From a bacterium (GTDB lineage Bacteria; SAR324; NAC60-12): a stretch of DNA of 64,000 nucleotides. Positions 50,341 to 61,824 of the stretch are shown here, one piece after another. The notes below the pieces were generated by a model that worked only from the letters and a program-made list of their open reading frames with translations, made no database searches and was not told the origin of the DNA. Numbering within the stretch: position 1 is the first letter of the stretch; every line of letters begins with the position of its first letter. The DNA lies in assembly GCA_965209155.1 (NCBI GenBank), contig OZ242383.1, forward strand, positions 1,440,001 to 1,504,000. Direction: 5' to 3'. A program made the translations under genes and the position numbers.

Positions 50341-50515
50341 ACGCCAAAATTATGCCTTCACTAAGTTGTTATATAGATAGAATTACCGATCGATTGAAAA
50401 ATATCGTGGGAGAACGTGAAAACAATAGGTCCTCCCCGGGAATTTTATTTAAACGATAGTGAACTAAATGGTTTTTCAGATTCATGAATAGTTACGATTT
50501 TTATTCTGGAACGCT

Positions 50516-53500
50516 ATGTCGTTGGGGAGAGCCGGACTTAAAATCGATCGATTATATACCAGGGAGGGTCGAGATCCTTTCGAGTCCATAGAATTCTCGA
50601 CTTCGTCTTCGGTGATTCGCAACCCCGACGGTTCGGTGGTTTTTGAATGGAAAGAAGTCACGGTTCCGAAAAGCTGGTCTCAAATCGCCACCGACATCAT
50701 CGCCCAGAAGTATTTTCGCAAAGCCGGGATACCCCGGTATTTAAAACCTGCCAAAGAAAAAAACATCCCTGTCTGGTTACAGCCTTCCGTGGCAGACAAA
50801 GCAAAACTGGCAAACCTGCCTGAATCGGAACAAACCACCGTCGAAACGGATTCACGCCAACTCTTTCGTCGCATGGCCGGATGCTGGACTTACTGGGGTT
50901 TCAAGCACGGCTACTTCGACAGCGAGAGGGATGCTAGGTCGTTTCATGACGAGATGGGCTACATGCTGGCCAGCCAGGTGGCGGCTCCCAACTCTCCCCA
51001 ATGGTTCAATACGGGGCTCAACTGGGCTTATGGGATTGAAGGTCCCTCCCAAGGCCACCACTACATCGACCCCGGCACGGGACAGGTGACCCCATCCAAA
51101 GACGCTTACACCCATCCACAACCCCACGCGTGTTTCATCCAGTCCGTCAAAGACGACCTGGTGCAAGAGGGCGGCATCATGGATTTGTGGACCAGAGAGG
51201 CCCGCTTGTTCAAGTACGGATCGGGCACCGGCACCAATTTTTCAGATCTCCGCGGCGGCAAGGAGCCGCTTTCCGGGGGGGGTGTTTCTTCCGGGCTGAT
51301 GTCGTTTCTCAAAATAGGTGATACCGCCGCCGGTGCCATCAAGTCGGGAGGAACCACGCGCCGGGCTGCCAAGATGGTTTGCCTGGATATGGATCACCCG
51401 GATATCGAATCCTTTATCAACTGGAAGGTCGTGGAAGAACAAAAAGTGGCTGCCATGGTGGCCGGTTCCAAAACCATAGCCGGTCTTCTCAATGAATTGT
51501 TCGACGCCATTCACGGCTGGGATGGAGAAGCGGGAAGCCTCCCGGAAGAAAAATACGATCGCAAAAAAAACCGTGCGCTTTACAAAACCATCCGCAAAGC
51601 GCAGCAGTCCCATGTCCCCCCAAACTACATCGAACGCATTATTCAACTCGCACGCCAGGGTTACACGGGAATCGATTTCGCAGAGTACGACACGGACTGG
51701 AATTCGGAAGCCTATGGGACGGTTTCCGGTCAAAACGCCAACAACTCCGTGCGTATCGACAATGATTTCATGCAAACCCTGCAGCAAGACGGCGACTGGA
51801 ATCTTTACTGGCGCACCGAAAAAATGCACGCGGCTGCCGAAGGCCGCACTCCGCAATCCTGTAAAACCTTGAAAGCCTCTGAATTGTGGGAACAAATTGC
51901 TTACAACGCCTGGTCTTCCGCCGATCCGGGAATTCAATTCGACACGACCATCAATGAATGGCACACCTGCCCGGAAGGGGGACCGATCCGTGCCTCCAAT
52001 CCTTGCAGCGAATACATGTTCCTGGATGATACCGCCTGCAACCTGGCCTCGTTGAACCTGATCAAATTTCAAGATCCGCAGACTCGAGAATTCGACGTCA
52101 AGAGCTTCCGACATGCCGTGCGCCTGTGGACGATTGCCTTGGAAATCAGCGTGCTGATGGCCCAATTTCCCAGTAAACGGATTGCGGAATTGTCATACAA
52201 CTACCGCACCTTGGGACTGGGATACGCGAACCTGGGAACCTATTTGATGACCTCGGGCATTCCTTACGATTCGAACAAGGCCACTGCAATTTGTGGTGCC
52301 ATCACCGCCATCATGCACATGACCGCTTATGCCACTTCCGCAGAAATGGCCCGGGAACTGGGGCCATTCCCCGAATATGAAAACAATCGTCGACATGTAT
52401 TGCGGATTGCGCACAACCATCAACGGGCAGCTTACCGCGTACCCGATACCGAATATGAAGGACTGACCATCAAACCCGTGGGCATCGACAGTCGCTATTG
52501 TCCGCCGGATTTACTCAAGGCGGCCCAGGAAGCCTCCGACGAAGCGCTGGAATCGGGAGAACGACACGGATTCCGCAACGCACAGGTGACCGTCATCGCG
52601 CCAACCGGGACCATCGGACTGGTGATGGATTGCGACACCACCGGAATCGAACCCGATTTCGCCTTGGTCAAATTCAAGAAGCTGGCGGGGGGGGGGTATT
52701 TTAAAATCATCAACCAATCCATTCCTCCTGCATTGCGAAAGCTGGGTTACCACGAATCGCAGGTTGCCGACATCGTCAATTACGTCAAAGGTCAAGGCAC
52801 CTTGCAGGGCAGTCCCTGCATCAACCCGGAGGCTTTGAAACTGAAAGGATTCACGGAAGACGCGCTCGAGCGTGTCGAATCTCAATTGTCCACCACCTTC
52901 GATATCACGTTCGTCTTCAACAAGTGGGTGCTGGGAGAAGAATTTTGCAAACAAACCCTGGGACTGGGGGAAGAAAAGCTGGACGAAGCGCATTTCCTCA
53001 AAGCCCTGGGATTTTCCGAAAAGGAAATTGAAGCAGCCAACGATTATATCTGCGGCACCATGACGATCGAAGGGGCGCCTCACTTGAAAAAAGAACACTA
53101 CTCCGTTTTCGACTGCGCCAACAAGTGTGGTCGGAAGGGGAAACGCTACATCGCCCCGCACGCGCATATCCACATGATGGCCGCTGCGCAACCATTCATC
53201 TCCGGGTCCATTTCCAAAACCATCAACCTGCCCGAACATGCTTCCATTTCCGACATCAAGGACGCCTACAAGCGCTCCTGGGAACTGGGTTTGAAATGCA
53301 ATGCGCTTTACCGGGATGGCAGCAAATTGAGTCAACCCCTCAACACCAACGTGGATGAAGCGGCCTGGGACGACGCGTGGGAAGCCGCAGAGGAACAATC
53401 TCCGGAAGTGCGAATTGCCGAGCGCATCGTCCATCGTTACCTGGCGAAACGGCGGCGCCTGCCTCAACGACGGAAGGGATACACGCAAAAAGCGATTGTC

Positions 53501-54259
53501 GGAGGTCATAAGGTCTACCTGAGAACCGGTGAATATCCGGATGGCACCCTGGGAGAAATTTTCCTGGACATGCACAGGGAAGGCGCAGCCTTTCGCAGTA
53601 TGATGAATTGTTTCGCGATCGCCATTTCCCTGGGATTGCAGCACGGCGTGCCGCTCGAAGAGTACGTGGAAGCTTTTGTTTTCACGCGTTTCGAGCCCAA
53701 TGGCGTGGTTGCCGGAAACGACGCCATCAAGATGAGCACTTCGATCATCGACTACATTTTCCGCGAATTGGCCGTCACTTACCTGGCCCGCCATGACCTG
53801 GCGCATGTCAACCAGGAAGATTTGCGGGCCAGCGAATTGCATTCCGGCAAACAGCCCGAACCCGAATTCGAAGGAGAAGAGATCGTCGGCGAACGCACGC
53901 ACGACCGCCTTGAATCCTCAAGCGAAACCTTAAAAGGCAATGGCACGAGCGGACAACGTTCCGCTGCCGGGATGAACGGCCCTTTCATGGAGGCAGAACC
54001 TTCCTTTGCCGAATTCCCGGAGCGTGCTTCATTGACCCCGGGGAGTGGATATTCCAACAACGCCGGTCTCTCCAATACCTACTCCGTGGAAAAGAACCCG
54101 GGATGGACCATGCGGCGTTCGCAGGACGCGCAACTCCAGGAAGCCAAAATGAAAGGATACGAAGGAGAATATTGCGAAACCTGTGGACAACTGACCATGG
54201 TGCGCAATGGCTCCTGCCTGAAATGCGTCTCGTGTGGAGCCACTTCCGGCTGCAGTTGA
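50516..54259 (+). CDS. nrdJ: Vitamin B12-dependent (class II) ribonucleotide reductase
   Basis: [45 protein letters not shown]-terminal CETC...[11 protein letters not shown]. Confidence 0.96.
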   Translation: MSLGRAGLKIDRLYTREGRDPFESIEFSTSSSVIRNPDGSVVFEWKEVTVPKSWSQIATDIIAQKYFRKAGIPRYLKPAKEKNIPVWLQPSVADKAKLANLPESEQTTVETDSRQLFRRMAGCWTYWGFKHGYFDSERDARSFHDEMGYMLASQVAAPNSPQWFNTGLNWAYGIEGPSQGHHYIDPGTGQVTPSKDAYTHPQPHACFIQSVKDDLVQEGGIMDLWTREARLFKYGSGTGTNFSDLRGGKEPLSGGGVSSGLMSFLKIGDTAAGAIKSGGTTRRAAKMVCLDMDHPDIESFINWKVVEEQKVAAMVAGSKTIAGLLNELFDAIHGWDGEAGSLPEEKYDRKKNRALYKTIRKAQQSHVPPNYIERIIQLARQGYTGIDFAEYDTDWNSEAYGTVSGQNANNSVRIDNDFMQTLQQDGDWNLYWRTEKMHAAAEGRTPQSCKTLKASELWEQIAYNAWSSADPGIQFDTTINEWHTCPEGGPIRASNPCSEYMFLDDTACNLASLNLIKFQDPQTREFDVKSFRHAVRLWTIALEISVLMAQFPSKRIAELSYNYRTLGLGYANLGTYLMTSGIPYDSNKATAICGAITAIMHMTAYATSAEMARELGPFPEYENNRRHVLRIAHNHQRAAYRVPDTEYEGLTIKPVGIDSRYCPPDLLKAAQEASDEALESGERHGFRNAQVTVIAPTGTIGLVMDCDTTGIEPDFALVKFKKLAGGGYFKIINQSIPPALRKLGYHESQVADIVNYVKGQGTLQGSPCINPEALKLKGFTEDALERVESQLSTTFDITFVFNKWVLGEEFCKQTLGLGEEKLDEAHFLKALGFSEKEIEAANDYICGTMTIEGAPHLKKEHYSVFDCANKCGRKGKRYIAPHAHIHMMAAAQPFISGSISKTINLPEHASISDIKDAYKRSWELGLKCNALYRDGSKLSQPLNTNVDEAAWDDAWEAAEEQSPEVRIAERIVHRYLAKRRRLPQRRKGYTQKAIVGGHKVYLRTGEYPDGTLGEIFLDMHREGAAFRSMMNCFAIAISLGLQHGVPLEEYVEAFVFTRFEPNGVVAGNDAIKMSTSIIDYIFRELAVTYLARHDLAHVNQEDLRASELHSGKQPEPEFEGEEIVGERTHDRLESSSETLKGNGTSGQRSAAGMNGPFMEAEPSFAEFPERASLTPGSGYSNNAGLSNTYSVEKNPGWTMRRSQDAQLQEAKMKGYEGEYCETCGQLTMVRNGSCLKCVSCGATSGCS

Positions 54260-54280
54260 GAGACAACCAGCGAGTCGGGG

Positions 54281-55660
54281 TCATTTCCCGATACAAAATT
54301 GCGCAAAAATTCGATTGAGCAAATCGTCCGCCGTCGTTTCTCCGACTATTTCTCCCAGTGCGCGCAAGCAACCGGCAAGGTCCACGGCCAGGCATTCTTC
54401 CCCCACTCCGTGATGCAAGCCTTCCAGCGCCACTTGCAAGGCGGACAATGCTTTCCTCGCCGATTGTTGCTGCCGTATGTTGGTGATGAGCGCTTGTTCT
54501 TCCATCACGAATTCATCTCGCGTGCTTTTCTCGAACAAGGATTCTTCGAGCTCCTGCAGCCCGTCCGCCTCTTTGGCCGAAACCAAGACGGTCTTGAAGG
54601 CATCGCACTGGTCCAGCCAGGCAGGTTCGTCACCGGGAAGCAAGTCCTTTTTGTTCAAGACCACGATTGTCTTTTGCGGGTCCGCTTGTTCCAGGAGTTG
54701 TCGGTCCTCCTCCTCCATCGGAGAGGAACAATCGAGGAGCAGGAGCGCCATATCCGCCGTTTCCCAGGCGTTTTTGCTCCGCAGCACCCCTTCGCTTTCG
54801 ACGACGTCCTTTGTCAGCCGGATCCCTGCCGTGTCGATCAAGCGAATGGCAAGGCCTTTAAAATGGATCGATTCTTCGATAACGTCCCGGGTCGTCCCGG
54901 GGATTTCCGTCACAATGGCGCGATTTTCGCGCAACAAGGCGTTGAGCAAGCTGGATTTCCCGACGTTGGGACGGCCGATGAGCGCCACTCCCAAACCGGA
55001 TCTCAGGATCTTGCCCTGCTCTGCAGACGAAAGCAGCGCTTCCAATTCCTCACTCGCCTGCTCCAGTCGAGTCACGCATTCCTCCTGTTGCGTGAATGCT
55101 TCGTCTTCATCAGAAAAGTCGATAGTGGCTTCGATCAACGCCGCCACTTGGGCCACCTGGTCCTGGATCGCCGCAATGGCCTCATACAGTTTGCCTTTCA
55201 GTTGGTTGACTGCCGTATAAATTCCCAAACGGGAACGCGCGTGGATCAGGTCGGACACCGCTTCCACCCGGGTCAGGTCCAGTCGTCCATGTAAAAAGGC
55301 GCGTTGGGTGAACTCTCCCGGTTCGGCCAGACGCACGTCCTGCTTCAATATCAATTCCAGGACAGCCCGCAAGACGGCAACTCCGCCATGACACTGGAAT
55401 TCTACGACGTCCTCCGTGGTGTAGGAATTGGGAGCCCGCATCACCGCGACCAACGCTTCGTCCAATGAGCGCCCCTGGTCGTGGATCCATCCATGATAAA
55501 GCCGGTGGGATTCCGCATGCTCGAGTTTTTGCGCGGAACGGGCTGGGGAAAAAATGGCGCAGGCGACCGGTAAGGCTCTTTTTCCACTGAGGCGAACCAC
55601 GCCAATGCCTGCCGGTCCCGTTGCCGTGGCAATGGCTGCAATCGTATCGTCCAAACGCAT
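54281..55660 (-). CDS. mnmE: tRNA modification GTPase MnmE
   Basis: DTIAAIAT, GRPNVGKSS, PGTTRD, DTAG, NKKD, FCIGK. Confidence 0.97.
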   Translation of the reverse strand: MRLDDTIAAIATATGPAGIGVVRLSGKRALPVACAIFSPARSAQKLEHAESHRLYHGWIHDQGRSLDEALVAVMRAPNSYTTEDVVEFQCHGGVAVLRAVLELILKQDVRLAEPGEFTQRAFLHGRLDLTRVEAVSDLIHARSRLGIYTAVNQLKGKLYEAIAAIQDQVAQVAALIEATIDFSDEDEAFTQQEECVTRLEQASEELEALLSSAEQGKILRSGLGVALIGRPNVGKSSLLNALLRENRAIVTEIPGTTRDVIEESIHFKGLAIRLIDTAGIRLTKDVVESEGVLRSKNAWETADMALLLLDCSSPMEEEDRQLLEQADPQKTIVVLNKKDLLPGDEPAWLDQCDAFKTVLVSAKEADGLQELEESLFEKSTRDEFVMEEQALITNIRQQQSARKALSALQVALEGLHHGVGEECLAVDLAGCLRALGEIVGETTADDLLNRIFAQFCIGK

Positions 55661-55753
55661 GACTTTTTCACTCGGATGCGATTAACCAGGAATTGTGAGA
55701 TTCCAATTCTACGGGATATCGGAACTCGTGTAAATTCAATCTCATCATACTTA

Positions 55754-56105
55754 ACCTGAGTTCGAGATAATAATTTAATAAATTCAAAATGTTATGGGAT
55801 CCTCATATCTTTGAGAATCCTTGTCATTCCTGGCTTGACCAGGAATCCAGGGGTATGCAGTCAGATCAAAAACGGGTTCCTTCCCTGTCTTGATCCGGGA
55901 TTACGCGAGGTTGACAAAAACATTAAGATCCTCCTATTACGTAAATCAGGAGTTAAAAAACGTGTCATTCCTGGCTTGACCAGGAATCCAGGGTTATGCA
56001 GCCAGATCAAAAACGGGTTCCTTCCCTGTCTTGATCCGGGATTACGCGAGGTTGACAAATACATCAAGATCCTCATATTCTTGAAGAGTAATGTCGAACT
56101 CAGGT
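55754..56105. mobile_element. MITE (ACCTGAGTTCGA TIRs) with internal tandem duplication
   Basis: TIRs at both ends; flanks TACTTA/TACCTA; two ~141-bp-period units starting TGTCATTCCTGGCTTGACCAGGAATCCAG. Confidence 0.85.
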
Positions 56106-56201
56106 TACCTATTAAAAATGGATTTTTTATTCATTTCAAGGCATATATTGGCATTCCATCGCATCTCATTTCCATTCACTTATACCGTGGTCAAGGCTTC
56201 C

Positions 56202-57284
56202 ATGCTTCCTTCCGATTTTCCTGCATTCCAAAACAAACTGTTGCATTGGTTTGCCCGGCACCAACGGGATTTGCCATGGCGTCGCACGTACGATCCCTAT
56301 GCGGTGTGGATTTCCGAAATCATGCTGCAGCAGACTCAAGTGACCACCGTCTTGCCTTTTTTTTCACGATGGATGACAAGGCTTCCTAGCATCGAGAGCG
56401 TGGCGGAGGCGTCTGAAGATACTATTCTCAAGCTTTGGGAGGGATTGGGATATTACTCCCGCGCGCAAAACATCCGGAAAGCCGCGCAACGGATCCTCGA
56501 GGAGCACCAAGGCGAATTTCCCGGGGATTTCGAGAAAATCCTCGCCCTTCCCGGCATCGGACGATATACCGCAGGCGCCATTGCCAGCGTCGCTTTCAAT
56601 CAAGACCAACCCGTCGTCGATGGCAACGTGGAGCGAGTGATCTGCCGTTTGATGAATTTCCGGGAAAATCCCAAGTCCGCTTCAATGCGTAAAACTTTGT
56701 GGCAGCTTGCCGAATCCTGGATTCCCCGTGGACAGGCGCGTTTCTTCAACCAGGCCTTGATGGAATTGGGCGCCTTGATCTGCCTCCCGCAATCTCCCGC
56801 TTGTCTGATCTGTCCGGCGAATACGTTTTGTCAGGCTCTGCAGGCAGGTTCTCCGGAGCAAGTTCCCGCCAAAACGCAGCGGCGTCCTTTGCAGTCCATC
56901 ACTACGCTCCTGGCAGTCATTCAAAAGGAGAAACAGTTTTTGATTCGCAAACGTCCCTCAGAAGGATTGATGGCAGGCTTGTGGGAATTTCCCAATATCC
57001 CACTCAATGGAAAGCGGGACCTGCAACAGACCTTGATCACGGGCATGAGAGAGCAGCACCAGGTGGGTATTTCCATCGTGCGGCGCTTGTCGACCATCAA
57101 ACACGGGTACACCTCCTTCAAAGTGACCCTGCACTGTTTTTTATGCGCTTGTGAGGACAATCAATCACCCGGAGAATCCGCATCGGTCCAATGGGTCGCA
57201 TTGAACCAATTGAGCCGATTTTCTTTTCCGGCCGCGCATCTCAGGTTGATCCGGATTTTGCAAAACCCTGCCCGGGATGCCTGA
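56202..57284 (+). CDS. mutY: A/G-specific adenine glycosylase MutY
   Basis: RDLPWR, SEIMLQQTQV, GLGYYSRA, LPGIGRYTA, VDGNV, CxxxxxxCxxCxxxxxC. Confidence 0.96.
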   Translation: MLPSDFPAFQNKLLHWFARHQRDLPWRRTYDPYAVWISEIMLQQTQVTTVLPFFSRWMTRLPSIESVAEASEDTILKLWEGLGYYSRAQNIRKAAQRILEEHQGEFPGDFEKILALPGIGRYTAGAIASVAFNQDQPVVDGNVERVICRLMNFRENPKSASMRKTLWQLAESWIPRGQARFFNQALMELGALICLPQSPACLICPANTFCQALQAGSPEQVPAKTQRRPLQSITTLLAVIQKEKQFLIRKRPSEGLMAGLWEFPNIPLNGKRDLQQTLITGMREQHQVGISIVRRLSTIKHGYTSFKVTLHCFLCACEDNQSPGESASVQWVALNQLSRFSFPAAHLRLIRILQNPARDA

Positions 57285-57489
57285 CCAGGAAGCGGCCCCG
57301 GGTTGTAAACAAGACCCTGCCCAAGGTGCTTGACCGGGAAGAACGTGGCCCCGGCTTGTATCAGAGAAGTGCAAATAGGCGTGCCAAATTCAGGGTTCCG
57401 GCATTTTCAAGGAACTGCGAAAAAGGCGTCGTTTTTTCTTGATATGACCCTTTTTTTTCGATAGGCTTGTAAACTACCTACCAAGACAC

Positions 57490-57565
<76 letters not shown>

Positions 57566-57743
57566 ATCTTCTCTCACTTCGAGACTCATTGCTATGCCGT
57601 GATCATTGCGGAACCACTTCGAAGTGATGGACAATTCAATAATCGTATTCGTTCCCACATCTTCAATTTAACTCTGGAAACTATTGACATTGCCCCTTTC
57701 CATCAAAAAAATGTGATTAATATTTTGGGGGATTGTATACTCA

Positions 57744-57953
57744 ACCTGAGTTCGAGATAAGCATTTAATAATTTCAATATGTTATGGAATCTTCATATCT
57801 CAGAGAAACCTTGTCATTCCTGCGAAAGCAGGAATCCAGAGGTATGCAGCCAGACAGGAATCTGGATCCCTCCCGGACTTGATCCGGGATCACGCGAGGA
57901 TGACATATACGCTAGGATACTCATACTATTGAAGATTTATGTCGAACTCAGGT
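57744..57953. mobile_element. 210-bp MITE (ACCTGAGTTCGA TIRs)
   Basis: Perfect 6-bp TSD TACTCA at 57738-57743 and 57954-57959; internal GTCATTCCTGCGAAAGCAGGAATCC palindrome. Confidence 0.9.
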
Positions 57954-57979
57954 TACTCAACTGACCAGAATGCTTTAAT

Positions 57980-59113
57980 TTAATTTTGTAACATAATATC
58001 TGTGTTGGTAGTATATTTTCTTCCATATTTTTTCAGCAAACCAAGATCAACCAATTCCTGTAAATCTCTCGATAGTGTCAATCTTTTTAAATTAACGTAG
58101 TCTTTTGCAATTTCAGGATTCAGTTTAAGAATATCATTAATACTGAGTTCACTGAATAAAGGAAAATTCAACATAAGATCACGTTTTCTTTTAAATACGG
58201 TACGTTTATTCATTGTAATATTAGAAAATCGTTCATATATGAAATTTTTCCAGATGATTTTAAATTGTCCATCATAAATTTCATTCAGATCGTACTGTAA
58301 CTGATCATAAAACCCATTGATTGCATATTGAATAAAATCATCCAAATTATTTTTTTTACGAGCATTATCTAGTTGTCGATAATATTCCATTCTGGTCTCA
58401 TTGTAATAATTGGAAAGCATATGCGAAGCAAGTGGTGAAATTCCACCTCGTAATAATATAAAAAACTCTAATAATCGGCCAGTACGGCCATTCCCGTCAC
58501 CAAAAGGGTGGATCCACTCCAAATATACATGAGCAACTATAGCTTGGATAAATAACTCATGAAAATAGAATGGACTGTCTTTGTCATATTGGAATTGCTT
58601 CTCAATCCAATTACAAAATTTTTCGATTAATTCTGGAATATTTTGATAATCCGGCGCGCGATATCCTCCTACGACACGATTGTCTTCTCTAAATTTACCT
58701 GGACAGGCATCAAAGTGATCTCCAAGATTTCTCCCGACCATCTGATGAAAATCCCTGATCAGTCGTGAAGTAATTGGAGCCGTTTTGTTTTCACGTACCA
58801 ATTCTTTTAATAATTGATTGAATGCATCCAAAACATTTTTAACTTCAATTGCCAAATATTCCTTGCTCTTCGGAGGACTCCAACCGCTATTCAATTGGTC
58901 GATCTCGAATTCATTCAAAGTATTACCTTCAATTGCAGTTGTCGCTTGAGCCCCTTTGATAAAGGACATTCTTTGCAAATTTTCTCGAATTTCCGGAAAC
59001 AAGGGAATTTGATTCAATGACTCGCAATGAGCTGCGCATTTGCCTAGTATGAAGAATAACCTGGGACTGACCTCCCAATTTTTCTTAAATGAAATATGTT
59101 CATTTTTTCTCAT
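57980..59113 (-). CDS. Fic-domain protein (N-terminal autoinhibitory motif, C-terminal HTH)
   Basis: HPFGDGNGRTGR; TTAIEGN; very AT-rich. Confidence 0.92.
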   Translation of the reverse strand: MRKNEHISFKKNWEVSPRLFFILGKCAAHCESLNQIPLFPEIRENLQRMSFIKGAQATTAIEGNTLNEFEIDQLNSGWSPPKSKEYLAIEVKNVLDAFNQLLKELVRENKTAPITSRLIRDFHQMVGRNLGDHFDACPGKFREDNRVVGGYRAPDYQNIPELIEKFCNWIEKQFQYDKDSPFYFHELFIQAIVAHVYLEWIHPFGDGNGRTGRLLEFFILLRGGISPLASHMLSNYYNETRMEYYRQLDNARKKNNLDDFIQYAINGFYDQLQYDLNEIYDGQFKIIWKNFIYERFSNITMNKRTVFKRKRDLMLNFPLFSELSINDILKLNPEIAKDYVNLKRLTLSRDLQELVDLGLLKKYGRKYTTNTDIMLQN

Positions 59114-59379
59114 ATTGCCTTTTATTCATATTTTAAATCGATAAATAATACCTGTATATTGTACAATATAATTATAAAAATAGAACAATAAAAATATCAA
59201 AATAATTATAATATTTGTTATAATAAAAATATTTTATAATAATATCAAGTATTTATTTATTTATATTTGTGACAAATAAACTTTCAAATGTGTAACTCCT
59301 ATTGAGTCTTAGAATAAATATTTATATAAAACTAGTGATAATTTCAGTTAAAAATACAATAAATGCAAAATATCGCTTG

Positions 59380-59978
59380 ACATTGCCAGGGACAGCCAGG
59401 TCTGCATCAGTACCATCCTACGCATGTACTCGCTCCTCAAGAGTCAGGAATTGGACGAAGCCGCTGAGGAGATGAATCCGGCGGAGATACAACAAGCCAG
59501 ACAACCGGTGCCGGTTGTATACAACGACAAGATTCCACCCGAATTCTTTGACTTTATCCTCATCGACGAATGCCACCGCTCAATTTACAACTCTAAATTT
59601 GTCTATCTCCAGGCTCTAGCGCCTTTCTTTAATTCCAAGGTGAGATCTGAGGCATCTGCGACAACTCTTCCGATCTTGAATAAATCTAAGTTCCAAGAAT
59701 TGCCATTCATTCTTTGTACATTGACTGAACAGCAGGAAATTGTTCGTCTGTTGGAAAGACAATTCGTGGCGGTTGAGCAGCTGGATCAGGAAATCGACTC
59801 GGCATTGGAGAAAGCGGAGATTTTGCGTCAGTCTATCCTCAAGAAGGCTTTTTCCGGGGAGCTTGTCCCGCAGGACCCGAACGACGAACCCGCGTCTGAA
59901 CTGCTCAATCGCATCACTGAGGAAAAAACCAGGCGGGATACTGCAGTTAAAGTTGCAACGAGAAAAGCCTCTCCTTGA
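59380..59978 (+). pseudogene. In-frame chimera of type I R-M hsdR fragment and hsdS 3' end
   Basis: QVCISTILRMYS...FFDFILIDECHRSIYN followed by EQQEIV...LRQSILKKAFSGELVPQDPNDEPASELL. Confidence 0.85.
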
Positions 59979-60159
59979 GAGAGCAAGATTCGACATAACA
60001 AAATTCTTATATCGAAATGAATATACCTATTGGATATATTGCATTTTTAATATCGATAAAACGTCTATAATCGATATAAATATTGCTAAATCTCGAATAT
60101 CAGTCGCTTTGCGATATCAGACCGTCCCCTATGAATAATTGCCGTAACCTGATGAGCCA

Positions 60160-60617
60160 TGAATATCTCTGAATTTACCGCAGGACGCAGGGAAAAGCAG
60201 ACCAGTACCAAAGCTTTTTGCCAGAACTGATCAATCACGGTTGGACGCTGAATGATGCACCCACCTTGTTGATGCTTGATGAAGCCAGCCGATTGCTCGG
60301 CGAGTTGAGTGCATTTGCCCAAATTGTGCCTGATGTTGATTTTTTTATTCAAATGCACATTACCAAAGAAGCGACGACCCCCACCCGAATTGAGGGTACG
60401 CAAACCAAGTAAAAAAAATGCCCGTCAGATTATGCGCAGCCTTTACCGTGATCCGGTAATTAATTCGAGGTATGTCAGCGAAAAATTGAATATCCGGCAA
60501 AACACTGCCAGTGCACTGGTGTATGATTTTGAAGTGCTGGGAATCTTGCGTGAACTGACTGGCCAAAAACGCAATCGGCTGTACGTTTTTTCTGAATATA
60601 TTCAACTATTTTATTAG
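60160..60617 (+). pseudogene. Fic-family gene with catalytic core deleted
   Basis: N-terminal EASRLLGELSA...KEAT..TRIEGT joined to C-terminal ILRELTGQKRNRLYVF; frameshifts; no HPF motif. Confidence 0.8.
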
Positions 60618-60626
60618 GAATAATTG

Positions 60627-61499
60627 ATGAATACTTCCCCCATCGTCTCCAGAGTCTGGAGTTTCTGCACCACCTTGCGCGATGACGGGGTGAGCTATGG
60701 CGACTACCTGGAACAGCTGACCTAATCGCCCAATGATTCACTCGTAGCCGATGCCGGTATGCGCTTTGACTATGTGCTCGCCAATCCGCCTTTTGGTAAG
60801 AAGAGTTCCATGAACTTCACGAACGAGGAGGGAGAACAGGAAAAGGACGACCTGACCTACAACCGGCAGGACTTCTGGGCGACCACCTCGAACAAGCAAC
60901 TCAATTTCGTTCAGCATATTCGCACGATGCTGAAAACCACCGGACGCGCTGCCGTGGTCGTACCGGATAACGTGCTTTTCGAAGGCGGCGCGGGTGAGAC
61001 GATTCGTAAAAAGCTGCTGGACAATACGGACCTGCACACCATCCTGCGATTGCCGACCGGCGTTTTCTATGCGCAGGGAGTCAAGGCCAATGTGATCTTT
61101 TTCGACAATCGTGAGGCCAATCCGTATCCCTGGACCAAGCAGGTCTGGTATTACGACTACCGCACTAATATTCACCACACGCTCAAGAAAAAGCCGATGC
61201 GTTTCGAGGATCTGTCGGACTTTGTCAATTGCTATAACCCGCAAAATCGTCACGAACGAAAGGCGACATGGGACGAAAAAGACGCACCGGAAGGCCGTTG
61301 GCGTAGCTACAGCTATGACGAAATCAAGGCGCGGGGGGACAAAACCAGCCTCGACCTTTTCTGGCTCAAGGACAAAAGCTTGACGGACCTGGACAACCTG
61401 CCTGATCCTGAAGACCTTGCCGAAGAAATCATCGAAAACCTCGAAGCCGGACTCAACAGCTTCCGTGAGGTCCTCACCGGATTGGAAAGCACCAGGTAG
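60627..61499 (+). pseudogene. hsdM: Type I R-M hsdM with internal deletion
   Basis: VWSFCTTLRDDGVSYGDYLEQLT* then out-of-frame DSL...LANPPFG, TSNKQLNF, PDNVLF, LRLPTG; SAM-binding motif I missing. Confidence 0.88.
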
Positions 61500-61824
61500 C
61501 GGAGAAGTGAGGGAGATAAATCCTGATGTCTGAACATGGAACTTTGCAAGCTGCAGCCGATAACTCTGATTTTCAAACGAGGTTGTAAAATAATCCCAAG
61601 AATTCTAAAAAAAGATCGAATTCAAGGTAACTATAACCCTTCCTTGGTTCAAAATCCTTGGTTTATAAATAAATTCGAAGTTTGGTTTTACCGTTAATCT
61701 CTCACTTTGACTTATTCTAAATCTTCAACTTATCACTAAAACTATTGACATTGCCCTTTTCCATCTATAAAAATGTAATAAATTTTATGTTTAATGTTGT
61801 ATAAGGTTAATCAAACTTTATGAA

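Noticed and set aside
52687..52696. G10 tract in nrdJ as a phase-variation site
   Set aside because: Encodes the conserved AGGG motif in frame; no evidence of switching.
51242..55294. Long antisense ORFs over nrdJ and mnmE
   Set aside because: Codon-bias shadows without recognisable motifs.
55811..56389. 192-aa ORF with an internal repeat
   Set aside because: Translation of the duplicated MITE (VIPGLTRNP) running into mutY out of frame.
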